A stretch of DNA of 64,000 nucleotides, from positions 89,469-153,468 of the forward strand of contig MU619292.1 in the NCBI GenBank assembly GCA_025201805.1, given 5' to 3'. Both the position numbers and the translations under genes were made by a program. The notes beneath the pieces were generated by a model. It was not told the origin of the DNA and made no database searches. It saw only the letters and a program-made list of their open reading frames with translations. Shown here piece after piece: positions 1 through 11,864 of the stretch (position 1 is the first letter of the stretch; each line of letters begins with the position of its first letter). Source of the stretch: Parasitella parasitica NRRL 2501. Lineage: Eukaryota > Fungi > Mucoromycota.

Positions 1-243
1 TACTGGATCATACACCGATAATATTGTATTCCATGAAGTATTTAAATAACTCTACTGATTTTTACGTTTTTTTCCTATTGTGCGTTACTACATCTATATT
101 TTTATTTCTGTCTAACAATATATTTTAAGTTATAGATAAACAACAATAAAAGAGCATTGAATATCTGATTAGCACTTATCAAAAGATTGAGCTCCCAGTA
201 GGGCGACGATGGCCGTCGTGAGCGAAGCGAGCAGGACAGCTAG
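1..243 (+). mobile_element. Helitron 3' end (last codons of the RepHel helicase, 3' hairpin and CTAG terminus)
   Basis: Frame 2-49 reads TGSYTDNIVFHEVFK*, matching the 'T.NIV(Y/F).EV(L/F)*' C-terminus of Helitron Pif1-type helicases. A GC-rich hairpin CGACG-ATGGC-CGTCG (204-218) is followed by GCGAAGCGAGC and a terminal CTAG (240-243), then T. Confidence 0.8.
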
Positions 244-608
244 TTTATATTAATTATTAGACAAGGTTTTGTTTCATAATGTTATTGTTGTGATTGTTGT
301 GATTGATGTGATTATTGTAATTATCGTATTAGTTGCAGTTATTGTTAATTATATAACTTATCATTATTACTACTGATAGTTTATGAATAACAATTAACTG
401 CTTGAATATAACATGACATAATATGATCAGATAACTAACTACAGTGTAAAAATATCTACAATATTAAAAAAAAACTATAATAATGAACCAGCACGTACAC
501 CTAGAGTGAATGAGTGTGAAAAGCTTAAGCTGAATGAAAGATCATCTTTCCACTTTGAGCCAAGAACAGCAGGTTAGATGCATATGTAGTTATATCCATG
601 TTTATTCT

Positions 609-674
609 CTAAACCTCATGCTTGTCCCAGTCTCAAAAGAGACCTAAAGGCTTATAGAAACAATAGAGAGTAAA
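609..674 (+). repeat. 66-bp direct repeat, copy 1 (left of assembly gap)
   Basis: CTAAACCTCATGCTTGTCCCAGTCTCAAAAGAGACCTAAAGGCTTATAGAAACAATAGAGAGTAAA matches 1773-1838 with about 5 mismatches. It contains a GTCTC-AAAA-GAGAC hairpin. Confidence 0.85.
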
Positions 675-703
675 CATAAGATCATGTACAAACACAAGGA
701 ATA

Positions 704-1638
704 NNNNNNNNNNNNNNNNNNNNNNNNNNNNNNNNNNNNNNNNNNNNNNNNNNNNNNNNNNNNNNNNNNNNNNNNNNNNNNNNNNNNNNNNNNNNNNNNN
801 NNNNNNNNNNNNNNNNNNNNNNNNNNNNNNNNNNNNNNNNNNNNNNNNNNNNNNNNNNNNNNNNNNNNNNNNNNNNNNNNNNNNNNNNNNNNNNNNNNNN
901 NNNNNNNNNNNNNNNNNNNNNNNNNNNNNNNNNNNNNNNNNNNNNNNNNNNNNNNNNNNNNNNNNNNNNNNNNNNNNNNNNNNNNNNNNNNNNNNNNNNN
1001 NNNNNNNNNNNNNNNNNNNNNNNNNNNNNNNNNNNNNNNNNNNNNNNNNNNNNNNNNNNNNNNNNNNNNNNNNNNNNNNNNNNNNNNNNNNNNNNNNNNN
1101 NNNNNNNNNNNNNNNNNNNNNNNNNNNNNNNNNNNNNNNNNNNNNNNNNNNNNNNNNNNNNNNNNNNNNNNNNNNNNNNNNNNNNNNNNNNNNNNNNNNN
1201 NNNNNNNNNNNNNNNNNNNNNNNNNNNNNNNNNNNNNNNNNNNNNNNNNNNNNNNNNNNNNNNNNNNNNNNNNNNNNNNNNNNNNNNNNNNNNNNNNNNN
1301 NNNNNNNNNNNNNNNNNNNNNNNNNNNNNNNNNNNNNNNNNNNNNNNNNNNNNNNNNNNNNNNNNNNNNNNNNNNNNNNNNNNNNNNNNNNNNNNNNNNN
1401 NNNNNNNNNNNNNNNNNNNNNNNNNNNNNNNNNNNNNNNNNNNNNNNNNNNNNNNNNNNNNNNNNNNNNNNNNNNNNNNNNNNNNNNNNNNNNNNNNNNN
1501 NNNNNNNNNNNNNNNNNNNNNNNNNNNNNNNNNNNNNNNNNNNNNNNNNNNNNNNNNNNNNNNNNNNNNNNNNNNNNNNNNNNNNNNNNNNNNNNNNNNN
1601 NNNNNNNNNNNNNNNNNNNNNNNNNNNNNNNNNNNNNN
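704..1638. other. Assembly gap (N run)
   Basis: Continuous N bases. The X-filled ORFs in the track are artefacts. Confidence 0.99.
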
Positions 1639-1772
1639 AGGATTCATACAAATAGAAAGGTATTTAGTTGATTTTTCTGAGCCATTCCACATCATTCACT
1701 TGTTCGTTATACATACCCTCTATGGACAACGTTACCAGCTTATGTATGTATAGAGATATGTGTATTTATATT

Positions 1773-1838
1773 CTAAACCCCATGCTTGTCCCAGTCTCAA
1801 AAAAGACCTAAAGGCTTATAGGAACAATAGAAAATAAA
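1773..1838 (+). repeat. 66-bp direct repeat, copy 2 (right of assembly gap)
   Basis: Near-identical to 609-674. Confidence 0.85.
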
Positions 1839-2259
1839 AACCACAAGATCGTCCGTACTATACTCTTCTATTCACATATTTCACTAGGCAAATGAAAGTA
1901 AGCACAGTGGGGCATCTGAATTAACTAGATAGTTGTGTTATTGCTTGATTTTATTAGTACATTCGCATTCTTTTGCCTTGTGCGCTGTCCCATCAAAGCA
2001 TTTCGATAATATGTACCTCTCTAAAAACAAATATGAGCTATTAGTTGGCTAACCATTTTGAAATAGATACCTAGACTATAATACCTCCAAGTTATTTACG
2101 ATAAAGTTTTGCTATTTATTAATGAAAAATGAAGCGGATAATTCATATCGATGACGTTGCTCTTTTTTTTATTCTTTAAACCTTTTTTTATTTTTTCTGT
2201 GAGGCGAAATACTTCGCTTTGTTTTTTTATATATTCACGCAACACACCCTGCTAAATCA

Positions 2260-4223
2260 ATGTCTCAATTAATTGAAAACTACTGTGAAAAAAGTGATAA
2301 CCCCAGATTATCTGAATTTGTCTCATTGAACACCAAGTCTCTCGTTCTGTACTTTTACAATAAAGCTATTTCGGATCCACATATGATTCGACAAGAATTG
2401 TCATGCGGACTCATAAAATATAGCAATTCTCATTCTAATATGGTTTGTTTCAATATCGTCTTGTTCCTAAAGAGCCACAACCGATAAGTTATTGTGAACT
2501 TGTAGGTCATTTCAAACGACAAAAATTCTGTTGACTGGTTAGAATTGTCAAATAAAGTCAAGCAAGTATGCATTAGTATTCAAATAAGTTATTTGCATAA
2601 TCACTTAAAATATTCTGTAGTTCAAAGCTTTTTCTCTTATCTCTGAAAACGAAAATAATAAATTTCTAGAAGGGGCAAAAGACTTTACCAATAAACCTGT
2701 GGTAAGTATAATTTTATATGGTGTTTCTAAGCTTAAACTGACGTTTATAACAGGATCCTTTTGCAAATGATTCCAAGTATATTTCACCACTTGTCTTGAA
2801 ACAAAACATTAAAGATTGGAAAGCAAAAGCTACATATGTGGATAAACTTCATTTACAAGAGTAATTATGCATTTAAGAAGAACTTGTATATTCTTTTACT
2901 TTAACATTATACCCCATTTAGTCTTTTGTATTATTACATAATTGATCTAACCAGCACCGACAAAAATAATGGGACTCATGCTGTCTTTGGTGCAAAGCTT
3001 GAAGCTGAAATAGAAAAATTCAGAACAAGTTATAAGCCCGAAAAAGATATTGTGAAGCTGACAAAGGAATTAATAGGATTAATTGTAAGGCTTGTTTTTT
3101 TTTATAAGCGGAATCGAACTAAATATAGGTTATAGAAACCGAGCAGCACTTCTCCTCGTTCTGATGATGATCTGCAAGAAAGACTGAAATTTGCAAAAGC
3201 AAGTATTACTACAATTATCGACGAAGAAAGAAGAAATAATATGAAAGCAATCGTTAAAACTTGCAAAGTATAGTAAGTACCATACTCAGCTACAAGCTTT
3301 GATCAATTTTTAACATAAATTACAGTGTTAAATTAGAAAAAGAAAAGATTAGATTATATGAATCAGGAACGAATGAAGCAACTTATTTAATGTGTTACTT
3401 AAGGCCTGTGCTATTAGAAGTACTTAAACCTTGTAGTTTCTTGAAATTTTTATGGTAAGTGATGTGAGAAATGTATAGATGTATGTCTTCAATAATACGA
3501 AACTTTTTTATTAGGTGTGAAGCATCATTAAACTGTAAAAAACGTCAAGAGAATGAAGTTTTATTATTTTCGGACGGCAAGTCAACTACTACAACAAAAA
3601 TTGATGGTATTATCGTCGATGAAGAATTTGATTTAGAAGTTGCCATAATTGAAGTGTCCGGACCAAACTGGAAGGTGAACACGACCCATTTTTTTGAAGA
3701 CAAAAAAAAACTAGCTAAAAATATGAAGTCTATGTATGAAACTATTATTGACGTTAAAGATAATCCATGCATTGTTTCCAAAAAGGAAGTAAAGGTTTAT
3801 GGTTTTCATGTCTATTGTAAGTCATTATTCTATCCTGCTATAATATTTCAGTTGCTAAATATTGTTTCGATATAGTAAATATTCTTTATGTCTACAGTCT
3901 TTGGCAACCAAGAGATGGATCGTATATTTTTAACTTGGAATTTAAGTTAAAACTTTGTCATCGCAAAGTTATTATTCACTCTCTCCCTGCTCTCCTCTCT
4001 CATCTTTGGCTTGTTCGTGTATGTATAATAATATTTGTCTCTCTTGTCTAAATTCACTTTTACTGAACTCTTTTTTTTATAGGACTTGTTGCGAAAGCAA
4101 CATGATCAACTTTTTAATTATATTTATGAAAATGAACCTTCTCCTGAGTCATCTTACTGCGGTTCTGATGCTGAAAGGCCCAATGTATCCCCCAAAAAAA
4201 AACAAAAAACTAAGAATGTTTAA
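2260..4223 (+). CDS. Multi-exon PD-(D/E)XK restriction-endonuclease-like protein (probably mobile-element associated)
   Basis: Short ORFs are linked by GT-AG introns from MSQLIEN to PKKKQKTKNV* (stop 4221-4223). The core reads 'CEASL..KKRQ...TKIDGIIVDEEFDLEVAIIEVSGP...EDKKKLAKNMK', and the C-terminus is basic and NLS-like. Confidence 0.6.
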
Positions 4224-4389
4224 TAAGGTTATAACAATATACGCGCACAAATATTTTATTTATAAATAAAAACGGCCCTTCTAAAGTATGATAATACATA
4301 TATTTTTAATCCTAATGTTTAAACAAAAGACAAGTAAAACGGTGTTTTATCTATACATGATGTTAATTGAGTAAATGCTCGAGAAAAAT

Positions 4390-4555
4390 CAACCCGCCTT
4401 TTGAGAATAAAAAAAAACCCGCCCTTTGGGTTATCAGAAACCGTCCTTAGGGTTATAGGAAACCGCCTTTTGAGATTTAAAAAAACGTCCATTGAACAAA
4501 TTTATCACTCACCTATTTTTCTAAAAAACCGCCCTTTGGCATTGGAACGACTGTA
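4390..4555. mobile_element. Probable DNA-transposon terminus with subterminal repeats
   Basis: About six copies of AAA(C)CG(C/T)C(C/T)TT (4391, 4415, 4438, 4461, 4482, 4526) end in GGAACGACTG followed by TA (reverse strand TA|CAGTCG). Confidence 0.5.
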
Positions 4556-4757
4556 TAACAAATTCACACACAAACATGTTGAGAATTTCATCATCTACAT
4601 GTCCAAAGCCTCATTAGACTTTCAATAAGGACGTTATATATGAGGTGATTTAAACGCGTAGTGCCTATTTTTAACTGACTGAATTGATCAAACCTTAATA
4701 CGTCTCTAAAAAAAAATAACGGAATGATTTATTAAATTATAAATGCAAAAAAGATGA

Positions 4758-7084
4758 TTAATCCAAAATCTCTTCGCTCTCTTCAATGACTTCCTCGACC
4801 CATTCTTCGACAACTTCAGATTTGCCATCATCAGCCAATTGAACTTCCTTACCAAGAGCCTTGCGTTCTTCCTCGAGTTTACGCTCAGCAGCCTTTCTCC
4901 AGGCATACCATTCCTCGAAAGCCTTTCTGCGCATAGAGTGAAGTTTAGCAGCAGCAGCATCCCCAAAGGCAAGATCATCTTCGTCGAATTGCTTAGAGTA
5001 TTGACGAAGATTCTTCTTGATTTTCTTTTTCTGCTCAGAAGACAACAAGCTCTGAGGACGAGGACGCCACAACAATTGCTTGAAATTTTCAACGTTTTGC
5101 TTGAATAGGAGTTGGCCTTTGAAATCCCAGATACAGAAACCATGGTCAGCAGATTGGCGCCACATGCTGGACCCGGTAACGACATAACGGCCAGTAGGAT
5201 CCCACTCAACATCACTTACCCCGTAGTGCTCCTGAGTAGACAAAAGTTGAACAGTGGCTCCAGGATCATTTTTATCCTTCTTGTCGCTGGCAAGAGGCTC
5301 GAAATCGACATTGTAGAATTCCAGATCAGAAACAGTGGACGAGCGCAAAGTAGCCAGAACAATGTTATGACCCTTGGGAGACCAGAAGAGGTAGTTGGCA
5401 GACTTTTTGCTGAGGGTCTTCATCAGTTTGAATCCGGTGGTAGCCTTCTTGGATGTGTCAAGGTAAAAGAATTTAACGTCGGTCTTGAAAGAAGTAGGTG
5501 CTTGGCCATGGGTGGGAGTGACACCATAGGCAGGGTCACTGGTGGTGATGGTAGCAAAACGCTCTCCATAAGGCTCCCAAGCAAAGGCAATCATGGGATC
5601 TTTCAGTTCGATAGTTTCAACAGGAATGTTCTTTTGGTTGACGCGGAATATTTCAATGTTGGCATATGTAGACTTTTTGGTCTTTGTATGACGATCCACC
5701 TTGACAGCCAAGAAGTGGCCTTGATTTTGCCAGTAGAGCTTACATTCAGAGACATTGAATAAATTCTTGGTGGCAATAACTTCCTTGGAAGGAATCGCCA
5801 TCATAGAAACACGAGCAGGCTGGTTACCGATTTCAGGGGTCCAATAAGCCAAAACTTCTTCCTTTTGGCTAACCTTGGGATCAGAAGAATTATCTCTGGC
5901 AGGAGACCATTCAAAATCAACGATACCAGGAGCCTTGATAGACTTCTTACCTACCAAACCCATAGAAGGAGCCTCGTAGACAGACAGCTGTTGGCCAGGA
6001 ACAACACGTGCGAAATACTTTTCGGAAGCAGACCACTTGAACATGGGCCAACGCACAGTCTTTTGTTCGTCGCCAGCAGTTTGAACAAGAGGGAATGAAC
6101 GCAACAACGAACCTGTCTTGATGTCCCAGATAATGACTTGGTTGCCTTCATCGTGCTCGCCGAAAGGATGACCACTTTCGGGCAATCTATCTAAACTGAT
6201 GGGCTCGTTCGACCAGGTGACGAGATAGCGCTCATTAGGGGAAAAGTCTATCAATTTGACGCCGGGATGAACAAAACGGACAATCTTGTTCCATGAGGGG
6301 CCGCCCCAAAGAGCAATTCCCTGAGTATGGAATGTGGAGAGATAGGAGCCCTTGGGAGACCATTGAACATAAGTCTCGGTCCAGTTCTACGGATGCAAAT
6401 GAGTAAACTAGACACGCAGACACAAGTTTCGATGATTGCACTTACCGTCCTTGAGTAGACGTGCTCAGGAGATTCAGCCTTTCTGTTCCAGAAGATGGAA
6501 ACATCATCACCTCTATACATGACGAATTGATCGCGAGCTTGGAGATCCATCAAAGCGCTCTTCAAGTGCTCTTTGGGTGCGTATTGTTCAATTTGAGGCT
6601 CGACATACTCTTCATTCATGTCATTGTACTTTTCGACATCGGTAAACTTGTTGACAGACAGAGTAACGTTTTTACTCAACTTGTGGCCGTCTAATTTTTT
6701 GACAGCAGCATGAGCAGACTCGGGCGATTCAAAATCAATAAAAAGATAGCTATGGAAACAAACGCGCGCAAGTATAAACGTTAGTAACCTGGCTGTGCGA
6801 TAGGGGGTGAATGCTTACCCTGAGCTGGCTTTTTTGCCGTCATTATTGGGAGTCATGGGCATCCAGATACCATTTTCTTTAATGTCACCGGCATTCTTTG
6901 TAAAGAGCTTGGTCAAAACAGTCATTAGCTTTTCTTCCTTGGCTTCATCAACGATAGGGGCACCATCGACAACGACGATTGTATCGAAATCGCTTTCGGC
7001 CGAGATCTGATGTTTCTCATAAATGTCGTCAAAGTTAATATCTTCTTCACGTTCGGGAAGAGTTTTCCAGTCAACACCTGGCAT
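4758..7084 (-). CDS. PRT1: Eukaryotic translation initiation factor 3 subunit B
   Basis: RRM 'FDTIVVVDGAPIV..K.EKL', the eIF3b beta-propeller motifs 'WSPKG', 'FAWEP' and 'VEWDPTGRY', 'WRPRP..LL', and the C-terminal 'VEEWVEEVIEE'. Two introns. Confidence 0.96.
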
Positions 7085-7559
7085 ATTTATATATAATATA
7101 TGATTAAGAGTTGGATTTGATAAAGATGGATATCTTGAAAAAAATATTATTGAAAACAGTGACCGGTGCTGGAAGAAGATGTTGAGCCTATTCATGACAA
7201 GATCAGGTCTGTGGCTTGTCTATGGTGCAATCACCACTGCTAACTTGTTACCAATGCCTCGGATTTGACTTTGACTGATTGATTGTGGTATTTTATGGCC
7301 TCATATTGAGTTTATTTAATCACAATCTTGATACAAAAACAATCTTTAAAATACGGTATTGTTTTATCAGGCATATAACCACACAATGCCTTTAGACGCA
7401 GCTTTATTTGGAATGCGTTGTATGGATTTACTTTTTCATCTAGGCATTTTTGGTTGGCGTTAGTTAACCTCTCAACTTTGCCTAGATCGTGCATTTACAG
7501 CACTGTTGATAACAGATATCAGGTATTCAAAACATCGCATAGCGGCCAATGCGATACTC

Positions 7560-7862
7560 TATGAAAGACGACATCGAATGAGCCAGTTTGTTTAACTGCA
7601 AGAAATGTATCTAAGAAGGGCTGCTGACCTGAATACATTGGATTCCTTATTTGACAACTGCAAAGTACTGCAAGTACTGAAAGTGATGATAATACTTGTG
7701 TTTGCGCCATTAGACCCTCAACTGCACAAAACTATCTTATCCACCCAGCGCGATGTTCGATTTTGTTGCATCGATTTTAAAATATTCAGTAAATATTTAA
7801 CCTCTAGGCAAGATATGCTTCAAATTGATAGAAGACACATAAGTAGCCTATATAGTATATAG
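7560..7862 (+). pseudogene. Possible degraded F-box/LRR-type fragment
   Basis: LQEMYLRRAADLNTLDSLFDNCKVLQVLKV has LRR-like periodicity. No intact gene structure is visible. Confidence 0.25.
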
Positions 7863-8056
7863 TAGAGATCAAAAAAGATACAACATCATCTCACCCAAAT
7901 TTGAATTCGACTCGCTGCATGTCGATTTTCCAAGTAAGCGTTTTAAAAATTAGTAATAAACTAAAATATTTTTCTTCGTACCACTGCAATTGTTTAGTAT
8001 ACCACTGATAGTTTGAGATTTATTATATACATAATATTTACAGCAGAAAATTGTAT

Positions 8057-8542
8057 TTACAATTTCAACTTGTCAGGGTTTTGTTGAGTACTTTTGCGAT
8101 GCTGAAATACTTTGAGAATGCGTGTTTTGAATTTATTCATCGTTTCTCTTGCATAAACATGGCGTTGGTTCTTTTCAGAAGCATTATTTGGATGTAAAAG
8201 CGCCGACAATGTTGAGTTTGGTCTACTATCAACCGGCTGCATGTACGCAAACGTAGGCTGATCATAGTCAATGTCTGTGTTTGTAGCACATGTTGACAAA
8301 TTGTTCATTAATGAATCTGCAGAGCTGTTGTTTCGAGAATGTGAGGATGTAGAAGATAGCTTGTTTTTAGCTTTTTGCCACCAGATGGGAGGACAGGTTG
8401 TTCCATTCATCTCGTCCTTAACGGAAGGTCTATAATCAACGTCATCGTTTTGAATGAGCAGTTGCAAGCTCAGTCTCCTGTTAGCAATATGATGTTCCTT
8501 CTCGGTTAGCTGCATTTTATCTTTTCGGTCGGCAGTTATCAT
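8057..8542 (-). CDS. Hypothetical protein (~160 aa, Ser-rich)
   Basis: Long uninterrupted ORF with coding-like composition from MITADRK. No recognisable domain. Confidence 0.55.
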   Translation of the reverse strand: MITADRKDKMQLTEKEHHIANRRLSLQLLIQNDDVDYRPSVKDEMNGTTCPPIWWQKAKNKLSSTSSHSRNNSSADSLMNNLSTCATNTDIDYDQPTFAYMQPVDSRPNSTLSALLHPNNASEKNQRHVYARETMNKFKTRILKVFQHRKSTQQNPDKLKL

Positions 8543-9128
8543 TGAGACGGTGCCTTGAGAAACACTACTAAAACTGCGCATTGGGGGTTTGGATTTACTA
8601 GTGGAATGGTATAAACAAGATACGGCTGAGCAGACCCAAAATAATTCAGCTTTTAGCAGTGCTACTGTTATTATCAAGCAGCTAGGTCGATCTCTGTTTG
8701 AACGATGCATTTTTTTCAAGGCAGCAGGAGATTATATGACTTGGCATCATTGGTATTTATATGGTAACTGATTTTGTGGCCAAGAATTTCTCATTTTATT
8801 TAACTCTACTAGGTACGCGAAAACTCGTAATTTGACGCTGAAAAGAAGAAATTTTGGTATTATAATCTTCAATATCATAGACTTGCTTGTAATAATTTCT
8901 ATTCATCGTGAGTTGCCTGTCTTGCGGGTCTTTGACGCGGCATTATTATGTACCAAGAAATTCTTATACAAAATATACACAAATACTGAAGCATATGCTC
9001 TCTATGTCTCTATTCGTTAAAGAGAAATTTATTGTATAGGATAATAACTTTGTGTTTCTTTCAACTTTATCATACAATCAATACCTAACGTAAATTCAAG
9101 GTCAAGTGGGTCTTTATTTTTCATAGCC

Positions 9129-10370
9129 TCAAAGTCCTTCAATCTTGACGCAAACAGCGTTGTTGCCTCTAACTTCATGTATAAGGATATTGTAATCGTT
9201 ATTCTTGAGATATTTGATGACTTTTCTGAAATTTATTTCTTTTGGAACAGTAAGATAAAGTTCTTTGTGTGGTATTCTTTCAATTGCCGAAGCAATGCGG
9301 TTCATGTTGTTCTCCAAATACATATCACTATACAAATCAACATCGATCGCAATTGTTTCTATATTGGTATATTTGTATAAAAGGTATTCTAGCATTTCTG
9401 CAGGACACTGAGATCTGACTATCAACGTATGTAGGCCATGCTGCTTTTTCACAGCGAATTTACTCCAAACCAGCATATCTTCAATATCTCCAGTAACATC
9501 CCAGCCATGCGTATTCACAGTTAATGTCTTTATATGATTGCAGTGAGTTAAAATACTATGCATATTTTGTAGGGTATCATGGATTCCTTCCAAAGTAATG
9601 CAAGTAAATGGTTTGAATCTTTTCATACTGTTATATCAATAACATGGCAAGGTCTCGCATCAAGATCTCAGATCAGTCCCAGAGTCTTACAGTAAATCAT
9701 GGATAGTCATGATTTACATTATCCAGCTGTACAGTAGAACCCTAGTGTAATGAATGTGTATATAATACATCGAGAGATGTATTGTGAATAAAAGTGTAAT
9801 TCTTTGGCAGATTTATTTTATCAGACTTTTGACATAACACATACCACCAAACAAAGTCCAGTTAATCTCTTCAGGGCATTCTCCGGCATCAATTGTTAAA
9901 GTTTCCAGGCTATCCGTGAAATGCAACAGAAACTTGGAATAGGCTCTATCTTGGATGGATGAAACAGTAATCTTTTTCAGTTTTTCGAACTTTGCGGATG
10001 ATTTGTCAATGATACAGTTAAGCAAAGTGAAAAATTTTGCGCCGACCATTGTACCAGTCAAAGATTCGATATTAGGCTTGAAGATTAGCGGCACCAATTC
10101 TCGTAGCAGCATTGAAATTTCGGCATCTGTACTCTCAAAGTTCAGATGTCTCATTAGGTTTTGTTTTGAAGGAGTCTTTGTCAATAGCGTATAGAGCTGA
10201 AGTATGCCCATTTCTGACCGAATTGTAATTGGACGTCCAAGCATAGCTCTTTCTACAAGACTATTCCATGATTTGCAAACTAATCTACACGTTGCTGTGT
10301 GAGACATGTTGCTGATTTGGTTGAATATATTGATCAACAACTCGTCAGGCAATGAACTAATATTTGTCAT
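9129..10370 (-). pseudogene. F-box protein gene disrupted by a solo LTR
   Basis: N-terminal F-box MTNISSLPDELLINIF...CRLVCKSWN. Removing 9629-9839 plus one TSD copy joins ..TLFGGM to KRFKPF.. in frame, giving a 341-aa ORF. Confidence 0.9.
9629..9839 (+). mobile_element. Solo LTR (211 bp) with 5-bp TSD CATAC
   Basis: TGTTAT...ATAACA inverted termini. CATAC direct repeats lie at 9624-9628 and 9840-9844. Internal TATATAA and AATAAA are present. Confidence 0.92.
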
Positions 10371-11737
10371 CTTGTATAAGTATGCAGAAGAAGAGAAAAG
10401 GCCTAGTAACTTTTAATGTCTGCATCTATCACATTTAAAGAACGAATCAAACTTCATGCCCTGCAAGTGATTGGCTTCCTCGCAAAAGACAAGAGTTTTT
10501 CTCGCATAGGTCCTTTGCTCAGATAGCCAGTCCACTTGCGACATCCTTCTACTTCGTGGCGTCTTTTCTGGTTCCTGAATCTACACGAAAAAAGCCTTTA
10601 CACCATGAAGACATCTGCTTTATGGTCGTGTTACTCACCGTTCTTGGTGTCATCGCATTGTTCCGTTTAAAGTTCTGTCTCCTGTTTGCGCTTTGTGTCG
10701 AGGACCTTTACATCTCTCAAAACTCAGTATAGCGAGATGTTGTAACCATGCTCTCCTTACATGATCTTCCAAGTGACATAGCTATCTGGACAGGTCTCAC
10801 TGGCTTGCATTCGCAAGGTATGGTGCTAATAAATGAGGATGTTTTTGTTGCTCTGGGCGCTGCTTACAGTGCACTTTGAAAATATCGTCGACGATATGTC
10901 ATATACGCTGAGCAATGGATTTCTTCATTCCATATTACCATGGTTAGTCTATTTTTTTCTTCTCTTGCTTAAGCAGTGGTTGGGCGTGCCGCTTTTTGCC
11001 TATTGATAAATGTTGAATCTCATCTCAATTATAACATTTGCCTTGCCGAATAGCATTGTATAAAAGACTTTTGGAACCAGGACCAAAACAATCTTGGCCT
11101 TCTTTTTAAATCGTCAATGAAGTACCTACGTTTTCCTTAATAAAATTACTTACGGTCTCTTTTATTTATTGTTTTTGGAAATAACTGTTATATTATGAAG
11201 GAATAACTCTCAAGATGTTTTTAAAAAAAATAAGGACATTGGAGACATAGAACTGTATAAAGGCTTTTAGAAACCAGGGCCAGAGCAATCCCAACTTCCG
11301 TGATATAATCGCTTGCAGTCTCTTTATTTGATTGTCTTAGGAATAATCGTCATCCCTATTGAAATAACTCTCACTACTGGTACTGATACTAAACTTTGAG
11401 TCCAAGTTGGCAAAAAAAATTGATTTAATTTGGCATAGACGCTGGTTAATTTGGTTATAAGGTATTATTATATGCATAATTACACTTTTTTTTCTTTTTT
11501 TTTTTTGCAAAACACTTTTGACAGACATGTCCCCAGTCGAAATCAAGTTATGCACACAGATCTTATATTTGACCGTTTTAATTATTACAAATATTAAATG
11601 GAATACAATAAAGTAATGATCATCTTCTACAGACTTACTTGAATCCATTCTAAAACATACATCTCAGCACAAACCACGCAAACTAAAAATCAGGTTCATA
11701 GGAACGTCTCACTTAATTGAAAAGATTGAAAAAAAGA

Positions 11738-11810
11738 AGCCCTATGCGGGGCTCGAACCCGCAGCCTTGAGATTAAAAGTCTCACGCTCTACCAATTGAG
11801 CTAACAGGGC
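11738..11810 (-). tRNA. tRNA-Lys (anticodon TTT)
   Basis: The reverse complement GCCCTGTTAGCTCAATTGGTAGAGCGTGAGACTTTTAATCTCAAGGCTGCGGGTTCGAGCCCCGCATAGGGCT folds as a cloverleaf. It has A and B boxes and a downstream T-run terminator. Confidence 0.96.
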
Positions 11811-11864
11811 TTAGATGCCTGTTACAGATGTAAATTGTTTTTGGTGGTGCTGATTGATCTCCCG

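Noticed and set aside
250-480. ATT/GTT-rich stretch suggesting a microsatellite or coding repeat
   Set aside because: Degenerate low-complexity sequence with no regular unit and no ORF.
644-1695. Three long ORFs in the track
   Set aside because: They consist of X residues spanning the N gap.
4390-4540. Short spaced repeats resembling a CRISPR array
   Set aside because: Repeats are only ~11 bp with irregular spacing, the context is eukaryotic, and there are no cas genes. They fit transposon subterminal repeats better.
5112-5762. 216-aa ORF antisense to eIF3b (similar ORFs lie opposite GND1 and the allantoicase gene)
   Set aside because: These are shadow ORFs expected from the codon bias of highly expressed genes and show no motifs.
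10440-11000. Hydrophobic coding-like fragments upstream of the F-box gene
   Set aside because: Broken by stops and not assignable to any family by eye.
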